DNA of 44,405 nt from Bacteroidota bacterium (lineage in GTDB: Bacteria > Bacteroidota > Bacteroidia > JAADEI01). This document shows, in pieces, positions 16,520 through 27,449 of the stretch. Location of the stretch: assembly GCA_015490475.1 (NCBI GenBank), contig WFXT01000095.1:1-44405 (forward strand), given 5' to 3'. A program made the position numbers and the translations under genes. The notes beneath the pieces were generated by a model. That model searched no databases. It was not told where the DNA came from and worked only from the letters and a program-made list of their open reading frames with translations. Position 1 is the first letter of the stretch. The number at the start of each line of letters is the position of its first letter.

Positions 16520-17209
16520 ATGAAGAAGATAATATTAGCGGGAGTTCTGGGATTTCTCTCTGTGATTAGCGTAACAGGAAATGCACAAAATTTCAGATTC
16601 GGCATCAATGGAGATGTTATGTTATCATGGCTTACTTCCGATGATGACAATGTGGAGACCAAGGGCATGGCACCAGGATTTTCTTACGGTTTGTGGGCAG
16701 AATACTTTTTTGCTAACAATTATGGATTTGCCGGTGGATTGAGGATCTCTCACATGGGAGGTTTTATTACATATAATAATGACGGATTCTACATTCGCTT
16801 AAAAGAAGACACTGCTATTGCCCTTCCTGGAACGGGCCTCAGATACTCACTGCAATATGTAGAAATACCTATTTCACTTAAGTTTAAAACCAATGAGATT
16901 GGTTATTTCACCTACTTTGGTCAATTTGGTTTTGTTCCCGGGATTTTGTGGAGGGCAAAAGCACGCACAGACCAGATAATGGGATTTGAAGACTACAAAC
17001 GCATCTATGACATGAACTTTTTCAATGCTTCGTTGCTTGTCGGACTTGGCTTGGAATACAATCTTGCAGGTAACACCTCCCTTTTAGTGAGAATCTCGTA
17101 TGTGGGAGGATTTACTGATATTACAAAGCACAGAAGACTTCTGGACAATAAAGACAACGCAAACGTTAGAATAAACTCCGTTAGACTGGCTATTGGCTTC
17201 CTGTTCTAA
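16520..17209 (+). CDS. Outer-membrane beta-barrel (porin-family) protein
   Basis: Signal peptide (...VTGNA|QNF). The sequence shows alternating aromatic/glycine beta-strand patterning and ends in Phe (...LAIGFLF). It is 229 aa, consistent with an 8-10-strand OMP_b-brl-type protein. Confidence 0.7.
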   Translation: MKKIILAGVLGFLSVISVTGNAQNFRFGINGDVMLSWLTSDDDNVETKGMAPGFSYGLWAEYFFANNYGFAGGLRISHMGGFITYNNDGFYIRLKEDTAIALPGTGLRYSLQYVEIPISLKFKTNEIGYFTYFGQFGFVPGILWRAKARTDQIMGFEDYKRIYDMNFFNASLLVGLGLEYNLAGNTSLLVRISYVGGFTDITKHRRLLDNKDNANVRINSVRLAIGFLF

Positions 17210-18435
17210 TGAAGGAGTGTATATCGTTCTCTGGAGAAATTGAGATATATAAACACCATCAGGGAGAAAGATAGCATCTGAGAACCACCGTAGCTGAATA
17301 AAGGCAAGGGAATGCCTATTACAGGCAATAAGCCAAGTACCATTCCAAGATTAATCAACAAATGAATAATAAAGAAGCCTGCTACTGAATGGGCATATAT
17401 CTTTATTACAGGAGAACGATGTCTTGAAACATAGAGAAGCATCCTGGTAATTAGTAAACCATATAGGAACAATAACACCGTGCTCCCAATAAATCCTGTT
17501 TCTTCGGCAACTGCACAAAAAATAAAGTCTGTCTTTTGTTCAGGAACAAATTTGAAAGACGTAAAAAATCCCTTTCCCAACCCAGTTCCAGTAAAGCCCC
17601 CATAGGCTATTGCGTTCTCTGCTTGAATAACATTATATGCGGCGCCACGCGGGTCCCTTTCCTGACCCACTAATACTTTCAAACGTTGCTGTTGATAAGG
17701 CTTAAGCACTCTGGTAAATGCCCATTCCATTGAAAGCGTCATTCCCGTCACCACTAAAACAACACCAATTATGTATTTGATATATTCACGTTGTTTGCGA
17801 AACACTATAAGGAGCACAACCAATGCTATGCCATAAAGAATAAGCAACAATTTAATATAGCCGGCAATAACTACAAGCAACACAATATACAAACCTATTC
17901 CTGCAATAATTAAAAAAACAGGAAATCCAACATAAGTAAGTGCGAGTGGAATGGCGGCAAATGTCATAGCAGAGCCCCAATCTTTCTGTGCAAGAGCAAG
18001 AACAGCAGGTATAACAGCCCATATGGAACCCTTAATTGCAGTAATAGCTGAAGGTTTTCTGCGAGCGGTCCATCGAGCCACCATCAAAGCAGTTGCCACC
18101 TTTGCCAACTCAACAGGTTGAAAACGGAATCCCCCAATAACAACCCACGCATGAATATTACGAACCACCTGTCCCTGAATAATTGCTGCAATCATTAGCA
18201 GGAGAGCAACAGCATAGAATAAGGGAGCAAACGACAATATCAGCTGACTATCAATCATAAGGACTATGAATCCAATGACAAGAGATATGGCAAGCCATAT
18301 TGCCTGACGTTGCCACACTCCAGTAAACTCACCACTGGAAACTTCTATAAAATACAATGTCAGAATGCTCCATATCGCAAGTATCAGATAAATAGCAAAT
18401 ACTATCCAATCCATCCGTTGCCTGTTCACTACCAT
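17206..18435 (-). CDS. rodA: Rod shape-determining protein RodA (SEDS family)
   Basis: Polytopic membrane protein with SEDS motifs QPVELAKV, TDFIFCAVAEETGFIG and PLPLFSYGGSQML. It is the last gene of the mre-mrd cluster. Confidence 0.9.
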   Translation of the reverse strand: MVVNRQRMDWIVFAIYLILAIWSILTLYFIEVSSGEFTGVWQRQAIWLAISLVIGFIVLMIDSQLILSFAPLFYAVALLLMIAAIIQGQVVRNIHAWVVIGGFRFQPVELAKVATALMVARWTARRKPSAITAIKGSIWAVIPAVLALAQKDWGSAMTFAAIPLALTYVGFPVFLIIAGIGLYIVLLVVIAGYIKLLLILYGIALVVLLIVFRKQREYIKYIIGVVLVVTGMTLSMEWAFTRVLKPYQQQRLKVLVGQERDPRGAAYNVIQAENAIAYGGFTGTGLGKGFFTSFKFVPEQKTDFIFCAVAEETGFIGSTVLLFLYGLLITRMLLYVSRHRSPVIKIYAHSVAGFFIIHLLINLGMVLGLLPVIGIPLPLFSYGGSQMLSFSLMVFIYLNFSRERYTLLH

Positions 18436-20234
18436 TACTGTTCATAATTTATCGGTTGTTTGACTCTGTTTAATAACCACAAGCGTGACGAGTCAATAGT
18501 TCTTTTTAAGTAATACTCAACGACAAAGGAGGCTATTGGGGCAGCCCATTGAGAACCAAATCCTCCATTTTCAACCATTACTGCAACAGCTATGCGTGGC
18601 GAGTCAAGGGGGGCAAAACCCATGAATAATGAATGGTCTTCGCCATGGGGATTCTGGGCAGTACCTGTTTTTCCTGCCCATTCAACATCTGGTATTTTAG
18701 CTATCCGAGCTGTCCCACTTTCAATAACTTTTTTCATTCCAGTTATAACATGTTCAAGGTCGGCTTTAGGAATATCTATTTTGTATTTTTCCCATTGTGG
18801 TTTCTCATTATCTATTTGCCTGACAAAATGTGGCTGAACGAACCACCCACCATTAGCAATGGCAGATACATAAACTGCTAATTGAACTGGTGTGGCTAGC
18901 CATTCCCCCTGTCCTATGGCAAGGGAAATTATGGTTGTTGGTTTCCACCATTTGCCATACATTTTGTCATATGTTGATGTATCTGGCACCAATCCTGGTT
19001 TTTCACCCCTAATATCAATCCCTGTCAAGCGACCAAAACCAAATTCTTTTAAAAAGTTGTTCCATTGCATAAGAGCGAGCCGATGTCCCTTTGGATATCT
19101 TGACAGTGCTTTATAAAACAGCTCACAGTAAAAACTATTACATGAGTATTGAATGGCTTCTTGAGGCGATGGAAGGAAATGGCTGCCATGACACTTAACA
19201 GTAAGGGAACCACGAATCCATGCACCAGGACAATACCATGATGAATAGTAAGAAATGGTTTTCATCTTAAATCCAAACAATGTTTGAAGGGGCTTAATAG
19301 TAGAGCCTGGCGGATAAGCAGCAGAGACACCTCTGTTAAATAAAGGCTTATCTGGACGTTTCAACAGATTAAGATAATAAGAGGAACGATTTCTATGCCA
19401 AAATGAATCAAGATAAAATTCAGGTGAGGAGACAAAGGCAAGTATTTCACCCGTAGCAGGTTCTATAGCTACGATAGCACCACGTTTGCCCGCCATCAAC
19501 ATGGAAGCAAACGATTGAAGGTCTGGGTCAAGGGATATATGCAACGATTTTCCTGGAACAGGTTGAACATCATACTTACCATCGGCATAAGAACCCCTTT
19601 CCCTACCAAAAGCATCCACAAGGACATATCGCATGCCTTTCTGTCCCCGCAATTCCTTTTCATAAAAATGTTCAAGACCAGTTCTTCCGATAAAATCGGC
19701 CGGCATATAAAATGAGTCCTGTTCAATATCTTCTCGCGAAACCTCGGTCATGTATCCCACTACATGAGCAAGATGTTTATTATAATACTTCCTAATAAAT
19801 CCCTTTCTAAAAGAAAATCCAGGGATTAAAGACAAATATGTCTGTACACGCTGGAAATGGTCTGGATGAACGGCTGACACTATAGGCGATGCAATGACCC
19901 TTGAATACTGACGGGCTCTTTCAAGACGTTGTTTGAATTCTTCAATAGTTAACCCAAGTAAAGAAGCCACAAAGCCAGTATCCTCAATTTTCAATCTTGC
20001 CGGAACAACCATGATGTCGTAAGCAGGTTCATTTGCAACGAGAATATTACCATATCTATCGTATATCAAGCCTCTTGGAGGTTTAACGACTTTCTTTTCA
20101 ACGATGTATTGTTCAGCCCTTTCTTTTAGGGCAGAAGCATAGAGTTGGATATATGCTAATCTAACCCAGAGAACAAGCAAAACTATAATGGAAAATCCCA
20201 CAAAGAACTTAGAATAACCTTCCAGTTTATTCAT
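18435..20234 (-). CDS. mrdA: Penicillin-binding protein 2 (elongasome transpeptidase)
   Basis: N-terminal anchor and PBP dimerisation domain. Transpeptidase motifs are STIKP (SxxK), SCN (SxN) and KTGTAQ (KTG). Confidence 0.9.
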   Translation of the reverse strand: MNKLEGYSKFFVGFSIIVLLVLWVRLAYIQLYASALKERAEQYIVEKKVVKPPRGLIYDRYGNILVANEPAYDIMVVPARLKIEDTGFVASLLGLTIEEFKQRLERARQYSRVIASPIVSAVHPDHFQRVQTYLSLIPGFSFRKGFIRKYYNKHLAHVVGYMTEVSREDIEQDSFYMPADFIGRTGLEHFYEKELRGQKGMRYVLVDAFGRERGSYADGKYDVQPVPGKSLHISLDPDLQSFASMLMAGKRGAIVAIEPATGEILAFVSSPEFYLDSFWHRNRSSYYLNLLKRPDKPLFNRGVSAAYPPGSTIKPLQTLFGFKMKTISYYSSWYCPGAWIRGSLTVKCHGSHFLPSPQEAIQYSCNSFYCELFYKALSRYPKGHRLALMQWNNFLKEFGFGRLTGIDIRGEKPGLVPDTSTYDKMYGKWWKPTTIISLAIGQGEWLATPVQLAVYVSAIANGGWFVQPHFVRQIDNEKPQWEKYKIDIPKADLEHVITGMKKVIESGTARIAKIPDVEWAGKTGTAQNPHGEDHSLFMGFAPLDSPRIAVAVMVENGGFGSQWAAPIASFVVEYYLKRTIDSSRLWLLNRVKQPINYEQ

Positions 20235-20767
20235 ACAAACACTGGCTTTAATATGGCTATTATAGTTGCATTAATGCCTACAGTGATCAAGAAAAATAAT
20301 AGCAATGTTAATGGCATTGCCCATAAAATATTTATGGAAAGTGTTGAAATCAACGCATAAAATAAAACGTACAAGAGAGATAAAATTATTAACCAGAGCC
20401 AAGCCATTAACCGACGACGACGCTCATAAAAGGCAAGCAAAGGAAAGGGTAATTCACTGAACACTTCAGCACGCTCCACAACAGGAAGAAACAGGAAAGC
20501 AACCACTGGCATAACAGTGGAAACAGTGAAGCTGAAGGAAGTAAACAAATCAACAATAAGCGAGACAAGAAAGACTATTACTAATGCTAACGTCTTATTA
20601 CTTATGGCAGGAATTAAGAATAAACTTACAATCATAAGAGTCGGTCTCATAAAAGGTAAAGGCAAGGGAGCAATAATAACAAGTTCAATAAACGTTAGGA
20701 AAAGAATAACTATGGCAATTTTGAAGAGCGTAGTTACATCAACAACTTTTGTCTTAGGGAATCCCAT
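20231..20767 (-). CDS. mreD: Rod shape-determining protein MreD
   Basis: Small polytopic membrane protein between mreC and mrdA. Its stop overlaps the mrdA start (ATGA). The call rests mainly on context and hydrophobicity. Confidence 0.7.
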   Translation of the reverse strand: MGFPKTKVVDVTTLFKIAIVILFLTFIELVIIAPLPLPFMRPTLMIVSLFLIPAISNKTLALVIVFLVSLIVDLFTSFSFTVSTVMPVVAFLFLPVVERAEVFSELPFPLLAFYERRRRLMAWLWLIILSLLYVLFYALISTLSINILWAMPLTLLLFFLITVGINATIIAILKPVFV

Positions 20768-21519
20768 TCTGCCCTGTCTTGTGAATTAAAAATAAATACT
20801 CTGGTCAAGCGTTCCCATGGTGTGAAAAGGCGAACTTTCGCTTTCAAGAAGCCTACTTCGGCTTGCTCAAGAGCTATCACCTCACCCACTGCCCACATAG
20901 GAGGAAAAATTCCCCCTGCCCCAGAAGTAAAAACACTGTCTCCCTTTTCAATCGGAATATACATGGGTATGTCAATAAGATATGCCACCTTAGGCGAAGC
21001 CGATTCCCATACCATCGTTGCCCAATATTGCTTATCTATAAGAACAGAAATTCTTAAATCGCGACTTATTACAGGTTTGGCAAGGGAATAAGACTCTCCC
21101 ACGGCAATAATAATTCCAACGATTCCCACTGGAGCCACAACACCTGAATATTTACGCACTCCATCACGATGCCCCCTGTTCACGATGATATACTTTCTTT
21201 TCCCCATTAATTCCATAGAAACAACATGAGCAGGTATAAAAACCCCTTCAATACGTTTTTCTTTCATGTATGAGGTCACATTATTAAGCACCGAGGAAGT
21301 CATATACTGCATCTGGTCAAGAGTATATGTCAGATTTAAATATTCCCTTACAGATGAAGACCATTGATTAAAAAATGCTACTATTTCAAGCCGAGTATTA
21401 AACCAAGCACTTTTGTGAACAGCATTAAAAGAAGTGGAAATAGCAAAAGCCAAAAACTCAACGAGTAAAAAAGTTATGACATACAAATGCTTCTTTATGA
21501 AGGCAAAAAGTCTCTTCAT
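20734..21519 (-). CDS. mreC: Rod shape-determining protein MreC
   Basis: N-terminal anchor and coiled region, then a beta-rich C-terminal part with VFTSGAGGIFPPMWAVGEV (typical G.fP.G..vG.V). Its start overlaps the mreB stop (ATGA). Confidence 0.85.
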   Translation of the reverse strand: MKRLFAFIKKHLYVITFLLVEFLAFAISTSFNAVHKSAWFNTRLEIVAFFNQWSSSVREYLNLTYTLDQMQYMTSSVLNNVTSYMKEKRIEGVFIPAHVVSMELMGKRKYIIVNRGHRDGVRKYSGVVAPVGIVGIIIAVGESYSLAKPVISRDLRISVLIDKQYWATMVWESASPKVAYLIDIPMYIPIEKGDSVFTSGAGGIFPPMWAVGEVIALEQAEVGFLKAKVRLFTPWERLTRVFIFNSQDRAEWDSLRQKLLM

Positions 21520-22538
21520 ACGAACATAAACTCATATCTGTTAAGGTCTTTCAGCACTTCATTTGCACCATAAACGACTGCGTATAGTGGATTTTCTGCT
21601 CTGTGAACCTCCAGTCCTGTAAGGCGATGAATTTTTTTATCTATTCCCCTCAGCAAGGAACCTCCTCCCGTGATATGAATACCATGTTTATGAAGGTCAG
21701 CAGATATAGCAGGAGGAGCTTGAGACAATGCCTTAATTATAGCCTCTTCAAGGATTCTTAAGGAATTCTTTAATGCCTCAGCTACTTCATAGTGATGTAA
21801 AGTAACCTTCTTGGGAATTCCCTTTATTGAATCCCTTCCTACTACCTCCATTGGTTCTGGCGGATTCTCAAGTTGTTCAATGGCAGCACCAACTTTTTTC
21901 TTGATGTCCTCTGCTATACGTTCTCCGATAATGAGGTTATGTTTATTTTTCATATAGTCAATAATTGCTTGTGTAAACTCATCTCCCGCTACTCTTATGG
22001 ATTGGTCAACAACAATTCCCTGATTGGAAATGATTGCAATATCAGTAGTTCCACCACCGATGTCTATTATCATATGTCCTTCCGGCTGAGTAACATCAAT
22101 CCCCATTCCGATAGCGGCAGCCATTGGCTGATAAATGAGATATACTTCACGGGCTCCTGCTTGTTCAGCAGATTCCCTCACAGCCCTCTTCTCTACTTCT
22201 GTGATATTAGATGGTATTGATATAACCATTTGCCATGAACTACCTAACACTTTCTGAATCATATTATTAGGGGGAATCATTTTTATAAATCTACGAATCA
22301 TCTCTTGAGCAGCAGTAAAGTCAGCAATTACCCCGTCCCGTAGTGGTCTTACTGTTTTAATATTTTCATGAGTTTTTTCATGCATCAAAAGAGCCTTATC
22401 ACCAACTGCTATGACTTCCTCTGTGCGTCTATCAATAGCAACGATAGAAGGTTGTTCAACAACGACACGGTCATCTTCCATTATCACCGTGTTAGCAGTT
22501 CCAAGGTCAACTGCTATTCTTCTTTTTATTATTCCCAT
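21516..22538 (-). CDS. mreB: Rod shape-determining protein MreB (actin homologue)
   Basis: Motifs are IAVDLGTANT, RPLRDGVIADF, IDIGGGTTDIA and ITGGGSLLRG. Confidence 0.95.
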   Translation of the reverse strand: MGIIKRRIAVDLGTANTVIMEDDRVVVEQPSIVAIDRRTEEVIAVGDKALLMHEKTHENIKTVRPLRDGVIADFTAAQEMIRRFIKMIPPNNMIQKVLGSSWQMVISIPSNITEVEKRAVRESAEQAGAREVYLIYQPMAAAIGMGIDVTQPEGHMIIDIGGGTTDIAIISNQGIVVDQSIRVAGDEFTQAIIDYMKNKHNLIIGERIAEDIKKKVGAAIEQLENPPEPMEVVGRDSIKGIPKKVTLHHYEVAEALKNSLRILEEAIIKALSQAPPAISADLHKHGIHITGGGSLLRGIDKKIHRLTGLEVHRAENPLYAVVYGANEVLKDLNRYEFMFV

Positions 22539-22559
22539 TGTTCCAGTGCTTATTACACT

Positions 22560-24071
22560 TTACAAATGTTTAAAATGTCTGGTTCCCGTAATGCCCATTT
22601 TAATGTTTAGTTCCTTGGCTCTTTCAAAAACTGCTTTATCATTCCTGGAACCTCCAGGTTGGATAATAACGCTAATTCCGTGCTTATAAGCCTCTTCTAC
22701 ACTATCAGGAAACGGGAAAAATGCGTCAGAAGCAAGCACAGAATCTCTCAAGTCAAAACCAAATTTTTGAGCATTAGCAATAGCATGTTGAACAGCCCTA
22801 ACCCGGGAAGGTTGCCCCATCCCAGCACCTATCAATTGCCTCCCTTTAACTATTGCAATAGCATTGGACTTCAAATGTTTAACTACTCTCCATGCAAAAA
22901 GCGCATCTGCTATTTTTTCCTCGTCGGGAATTCCATTTACCCATTCTATGTCTTTAGACAAAGTAATATTGTCCCCCTCCTGAATTAATAAACCGTCACC
23001 CCAAGACAAAATGTTAAATTCCTCTGTAAATCGCTCAATATCATATTCAATAATAATTCTCTGTTTTTTGAATCGGGATAATAAATCACCGTCTATCTCT
23101 GGAACCAGCAATATCTCAAAGAATTTATCAGACAAAAATTCAATTACTTGGTCATCAGCAGGCGAATTAATGATAATTATTCCCCCAAAAGCAGATTCTG
23201 GGTCCGACGCCCATGCCCGCTCAAGTGCCTCTACCGCCGAAGAACCAACAGCAACACCACACGGATTAGTATGTTTGAAAACAGCACAAGTAACAAGCTC
23301 CGGAAAATCCTTTATTAATGACAAAGCAGCCCTTATGTCAAGCAGATTATTGTACGACAATTCTTTACCTTGAAGCTGCCTTACAGGTAGGGAACTGTTG
23401 GTAGCCAGCCATCCCCTTTGATGTGGGTTTTCACCATACCTCAATTGCCTTACATTCTCAGCCCCCACAGTAATTGGTTCAGGTAACTCACTACTATTCC
23501 ATAAATATCCCGCTATACGCATATCATAGAATGAAGATAGGTAAAAAGTTTTTGCAGCCATTTGACGACGCTGCTCAAGAGACACAACCCCTCTCTGCTC
23601 AATCAAGACTTTATCAATCAACCACTTCCAGTATTTCCTATGTGGTATAACAAGAACGTGTTTAAAATTTTTTGCAGAAGCCCGAATTAATGCAGACCCA
23701 CCTATATCAATTAATTCAATTGCTTCGTCCAATTCCTTATCAGAAGAAAAAGGATATAAGTCAACAACAATAAGGTCAAAGGGAACTAATCCATATTTTT
23801 TTATTTCTTCTGCATCAACATCCCTGCGAGCCAAAATACCTCCGAACACGACAGGATGAAGGGTCTTCACCCGACCTCCCAGCATCTGATTAAAATCCGT
23901 CAAGGTTTCTATTGCCCTGGCTGGAATACCTCTATCTTGAATAAACCTGAACGTGCCTCCACTGGCATAAATCTCAATACCTTGATTATAAAGCTCTTTT
24001 GCTAATGTAATAAGGTCATCATCTTTGTGATATACGGAAACTAAAGCTCTTTTTATTTTCATTTCTTCCAT
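22560..24071 (-). CDS. purH: Bifunctional AICAR transformylase / IMP cyclohydrolase
   Basis: Motifs are RALVSVYHKD, GGRVKTLHP, GGILARR, FKHTNPCGVA and IIQPGGSRND. The ORF is 503 aa. Confidence 0.95.
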   Translation of the reverse strand: MEEMKIKRALVSVYHKDDDLITLAKELYNQGIEIYASGGTFRFIQDRGIPARAIETLTDFNQMLGGRVKTLHPVVFGGILARRDVDAEEIKKYGLVPFDLIVVDLYPFSSDKELDEAIELIDIGGSALIRASAKNFKHVLVIPHRKYWKWLIDKVLIEQRGVVSLEQRRQMAAKTFYLSSFYDMRIAGYLWNSSELPEPITVGAENVRQLRYGENPHQRGWLATNSSLPVRQLQGKELSYNNLLDIRAALSLIKDFPELVTCAVFKHTNPCGVAVGSSAVEALERAWASDPESAFGGIIIINSPADDQVIEFLSDKFFEILLVPEIDGDLLSRFKKQRIIIEYDIERFTEEFNILSWGDGLLIQEGDNITLSKDIEWVNGIPDEEKIADALFAWRVVKHLKSNAIAIVKGRQLIGAGMGQPSRVRAVQHAIANAQKFGFDLRDSVLASDAFFPFPDSVEEAYKHGISVIIQPGGSRNDKAVFERAKELNIKMGITGTRHFKHL

Positions 24072-24079
24072 ACCAAAGG

Positions 24080-24883
24080 TTAATTTTGAGAAACTTTTCT
24101 GAAAGGAGCAGGAAAGTTTTTTTCTATTTCATCAAAAGTTGTTATTACCTCTGGCTTTCCTTTTCTAACTATTACCATGTGTTCATAGTGTGCAGACGGG
24201 CTTTTATCTGCAGTAATAATAGTCCATCGGTCTGGTAATACATTTACTGAACGCGTGCCGGCATTAACCATTGGCTCTATTGCTATAACCAATCCTTCTT
24301 TTAAACGTTTACCCTGCCCACGTTTACCATAATTTGGCACCTGCGGGTCCTCATGCAATGCTTTTCCTACCCCATGCCCTACAAGGTCCCTAACCACATA
24401 AAAACCCCTTTCACCTTCTACATAATCTTCAATAGCAAAACCTATGTCCCCGATCCTATTACCTGCTATTGCCTGGGAAATTCCGCGTTTCAATGCCTCA
24501 TAAGTGGTTTCAGCAACCGCCAATTTAATAGGGTCTATATCATCGCCCACAACAAATGTGTATGCACAATCTCCAACAAATCCATTTAATACTACCCCAA
24601 CATCAACAGAAACCAGCATATTTTCTTTTATAACCTTGTCTCTTGTGGGAATTCCATGGACTACCTCGTGGTCCAATGACAAGCATATAGAAGCAGGATA
24701 CCCTCTATATCCCTTAAAAGCAGGAATAGCTCCATGGTCCGTAATAAATTCAAAAGCAGCCTTATCTAATTTATCGCCTGTAACACCAGGTTGAATCAAT
24801 TGAGCCAGATATGCAAGAGTTTTAGAAACCAGTTTAGCTGCTTCTTTAATCCCTTGCTCCTCTTCCTGGCTTTTTATTATCAT
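24080..24883 (-). CDS. map: Type I methionyl aminopeptidase
   Basis: Motifs are FKGYRGYPASICLS, VSVDVGVVLNGFVGDCAYTF, LVGHGVG, AIEPM and HYEHMV (metal ligands). Confidence 0.95.
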   Translation of the reverse strand: MIIKSQEEEQGIKEAAKLVSKTLAYLAQLIQPGVTGDKLDKAAFEFITDHGAIPAFKGYRGYPASICLSLDHEVVHGIPTRDKVIKENMLVSVDVGVVLNGFVGDCAYTFVVGDDIDPIKLAVAETTYEALKRGISQAIAGNRIGDIGFAIEDYVEGERGFYVVRDLVGHGVGKALHEDPQVPNYGKRGQGKRLKEGLVIAIEPMVNAGTRSVNVLPDRWTIITADKSPSAHYEHMVIVRKGKPEVITTFDEIEKNFPAPFRKVSQN

Positions 24884-24897
24884 CTTTCGGACAAGTA

Positions 24898-26235
24898 CTA
24901 TATTGTTACTCCTATTGGTCTTCTTGCAGCAAGCCTACCCGTCCTCATAAATCCTTCATAATGCCTCATCAATAGATAACTTTCAATTTGTTGTAGGGTA
25001 TCAAGCATGACTGCAACAATAATGAGCAAAGTTGTTCCCCCAAAGAACTGTGCAAATTGGTCATTAACTCCCAAAGATGCAGCAAAAGCAGGTAAGATAG
25101 CAACAATTCCAAGAAAGATAGCACCCGGTAATGTTACTCGTGAGATAATATTGTCAATGTATTCTGCGGTTTTGCGACCGGGCTTGACACCGGGAATAAA
25201 TGCCCCGTTCCTTTTCATATCATCTGCCATTTGAATAGGATTATAAATTACCGCAGTATAGAAATATGTGAACAGGACTATCAATATGAACAGAATAAAG
25301 TTATACCAGAATGAAGTGTAGTCTCCCAATGACTGAGAGAGAGCAATTGCCCAATCTGACTCAGGAAAGAACTGACCTATCATTGAAGGGATAAACATCA
25401 ATGCCTGTGCAAATATGATTGGCATGACACCAGCAGCATTAACTTTAAAAGGAATATATTGTCGGGCACCCTGTACCTGAACAATACGCCCCCCTACCAT
25501 CCTTCGTGCATATTGAATAGGAATTCTTCTCACAGCAAGGGTCAATGCCACAACTGCCATAGTAACAATCAATAAAGCTGCCAATTCAATAATGAAAAAT
25601 ACCAGACCGCCTGTTTGAGACAGCCGAGTAGTCAACTCAGCAGCAAACGCAAAGGGTAAGTCAGCAAGAATACCTACTGTGATTAATAATGAAACCCCAT
25701 TTCCAATACCTCTATCTGTTATCTTTTCGCCCAACCACATTACAAAAATCGTTCCCGCAGTAAGCAATACTGTAGTTGTAAGCCAGAACAACCCTTTGCT
25801 AACTACTATTGCTTCACCTGCCATAAAATTCAAATATGTAACATAGCCACTTGCCTGAACTAAAGTGACTATAACCGTTAAATACCTTGTTATTTGATTT
25901 AGTTTTCGCCGTCCACTTTGTCCTTCCTGTTGCAGACGTTGAAAGTATGGAAAAGATACTCCAAGCAATTGAACTATAATTGAAGCGGTAATATAGGGCA
26001 TAATTCCAAGAGCGAATATAGAGGCACGAGCAAAAGCACCACCAGCAAACATATCAATTAACCCAGGCAGACCGCCCTGTCCTTGAAGAACAGCTCGCAA
26101 CTGCTGAACATCTATACCTGGCAACGCTATATACGAACCTATCCTGTAAACCAATATCAAACCGAGAGTATAAAGAATTCGCTTCTTTAACTCCTCTACT
26201 TTCCAAATATCCCTGATTACCTGAATCAGCTTCAT
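24898..26235 (-). CDS. secY: Preprotein translocase subunit SecY
   Basis: Ten-TM profile with GIMPYITASIIVQLL, FVMWLGEKITDRGIGNGVSL and YIPGVKPGRKT-like regions. Confidence 0.95.
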   Translation of the reverse strand: MKLIQVIRDIWKVEELKKRILYTLGLILVYRIGSYIALPGIDVQQLRAVLQGQGGLPGLIDMFAGGAFARASIFALGIMPYITASIIVQLLGVSFPYFQRLQQEGQSGRRKLNQITRYLTVIVTLVQASGYVTYLNFMAGEAIVVSKGLFWLTTTVLLTAGTIFVMWLGEKITDRGIGNGVSLLITVGILADLPFAFAAELTTRLSQTGGLVFFIIELAALLIVTMAVVALTLAVRRIPIQYARRMVGGRIVQVQGARQYIPFKVNAAGVMPIIFAQALMFIPSMIGQFFPESDWAIALSQSLGDYTSFWYNFILFILIVLFTYFYTAVIYNPIQMADDMKRNGAFIPGVKPGRKTAEYIDNIISRVTLPGAIFLGIVAILPAFAASLGVNDQFAQFFGGTTLLIIVAVMLDTLQQIESYLLMRHYEGFMRTGRLAARRPIGVTI

Positions 26236-26239
26236 CGCT

Positions 26240-26695
26240 CTATGCCTTAATAATCTGTGGTTCTATACCTGCAGCCTTTATTTTTTCAATAGCAGATTTA
26301 CTAAACGCATGTGCTTTAATGGGCACCTTAACTGTCCATTCGCCCACCCCCAGCACCTTAAAAGGTTTCTTCTTTTTCAAAATTCCCTTTTCTGCAAGAA
26401 TCTCAGGGCTCACCTCCTGCAACCCATATTTTTCAACGAAATATACTAACTGAGCAAGATTTAGGGTAACATACTCTTTACGTTTGGGCGGATTAAAGCC
26501 TCGCTTGGGATATTTAAGATGCAATGGAAGATTACCACCTGCAAAGCCCGGTCTGAGGCTATATCCAGACCTTGACTGAGCACCTTTGGTTCCGCGACCA
26601 GCTGTTGTACCCTTCCCTGAAGCATTACCACGCCCTACGCGCTTTCTTCTTTTTACAGACCCCCGTGACGGTCTCAAATTACTTAACAAACTCAT
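26240..26695 (-). CDS. rplO: 50S ribosomal protein L15
   Basis: GRGNASGKGTTAGRGTKGAQSRSG motif and operon position. Confidence 0.95.
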   Translation of the reverse strand: MSLLSNLRPSRGSVKRRKRVGRGNASGKGTTAGRGTKGAQSRSGYSLRPGFAGGNLPLHLKYPKRGFNPPKRKEYVTLNLAQLVYFVEKYGLQEVSPEILAEKGILKKKKPFKVLGVGEWTVKVPIKAHAFSKSAIEKIKAAGIEPQIIKA

Positions 26696-26702
26696 AACTC
26701 AA

Positions 26703-26906
26703 TTATTTTTCTGGCTTTTCAACTTCTTCAACCTTAACAAGATGAGCAATCCTTCGGATCATTCCCGCTATTTGCGGGGTAAGTCTGTGAACCCTACTTC
26801 TGTTTATTCGTCTAATTCCAAGAGCCTCTGCAGTTCTGCGATTACGCTTCGGTTCACCTATTAGGCTCCTGACAAGAGTTACCTTAACATATTTTTCCTC
26901 AGCCAT
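26703..26906 (-). CDS. rpmD: 50S ribosomal protein L30
   Basis: [33 protein letters not shown]. It overlaps the rpsE 3' end by 8 nt. Confidence 0.9.
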   Translation of the reverse strand: MAEEKYVKVTLVRSLIGEPKRNRRTAEALGIRRINRSRVHRLTPQIAGMIRRIAHLVKVEEVEKPEK

Positions 26907-27438
26907 TGAAAAGTTTATTTAAGGTTATTCCCCTTTGTCTGGCTATTGTAATAGGGTCTCTAAGAGAAAGCAATGCTTTCATTGTAGCTCTTACAACATT
27001 GTGCGGAGTTGTAGAACCAATCACTTTAGCAATAACATCTGTATATCCTGCACTTTCAAGGACGGCACGCATAGCACCACCTGCAATAACACCCGTACCG
27101 GGAGCAGCACGCTTAATAATAACGCGTGTACCCATTTCTTTGGCTTCCACATCATGAGGCACTGTTCCATGTAAAATAGGAACCCTATACAAATTCTTTT
27201 TTGCTTGATCCGTTGCTTTTTCAACTGCTGCAGATACCTCACGAGCCTTTCCGAGGCCATAGCCAACAATACCATCTTGGTCTCCCACAACCACGAGGGC
27301 AGAAAATCTGAAAGTCCGCCCACCTTTCGTAACCTTGACAACACGCCTCACATTAACAACTCGCTCCTTAAGAGTCAGATTAGAAACCTTTGGTATTGGT
27401 CTTCTCTGCTTTTTCCTGAACTGCACTCTTTCTGCCAT
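26899..27438 (-). CDS. rpsE: 30S ribosomal protein S5
   Basis: [36 protein letters not shown]. Confidence 0.95.
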   Translation of the reverse strand: MAERVQFRKKQRRPIPKVSNLTLKERVVNVRRVVKVTKGGRTFRFSALVVVGDQDGIVGYGLGKAREVSAAVEKATDQAKKNLYRVPILHGTVPHDVEAKEMGTRVIIKRAAPGTGVIAGGAMRAVLESAGYTDVIAKVIGSTTPHNVVRATMKALLSLRDPITIARQRGITLNKLFNG

Positions 27439-27449
27439 GAGTTACTATT

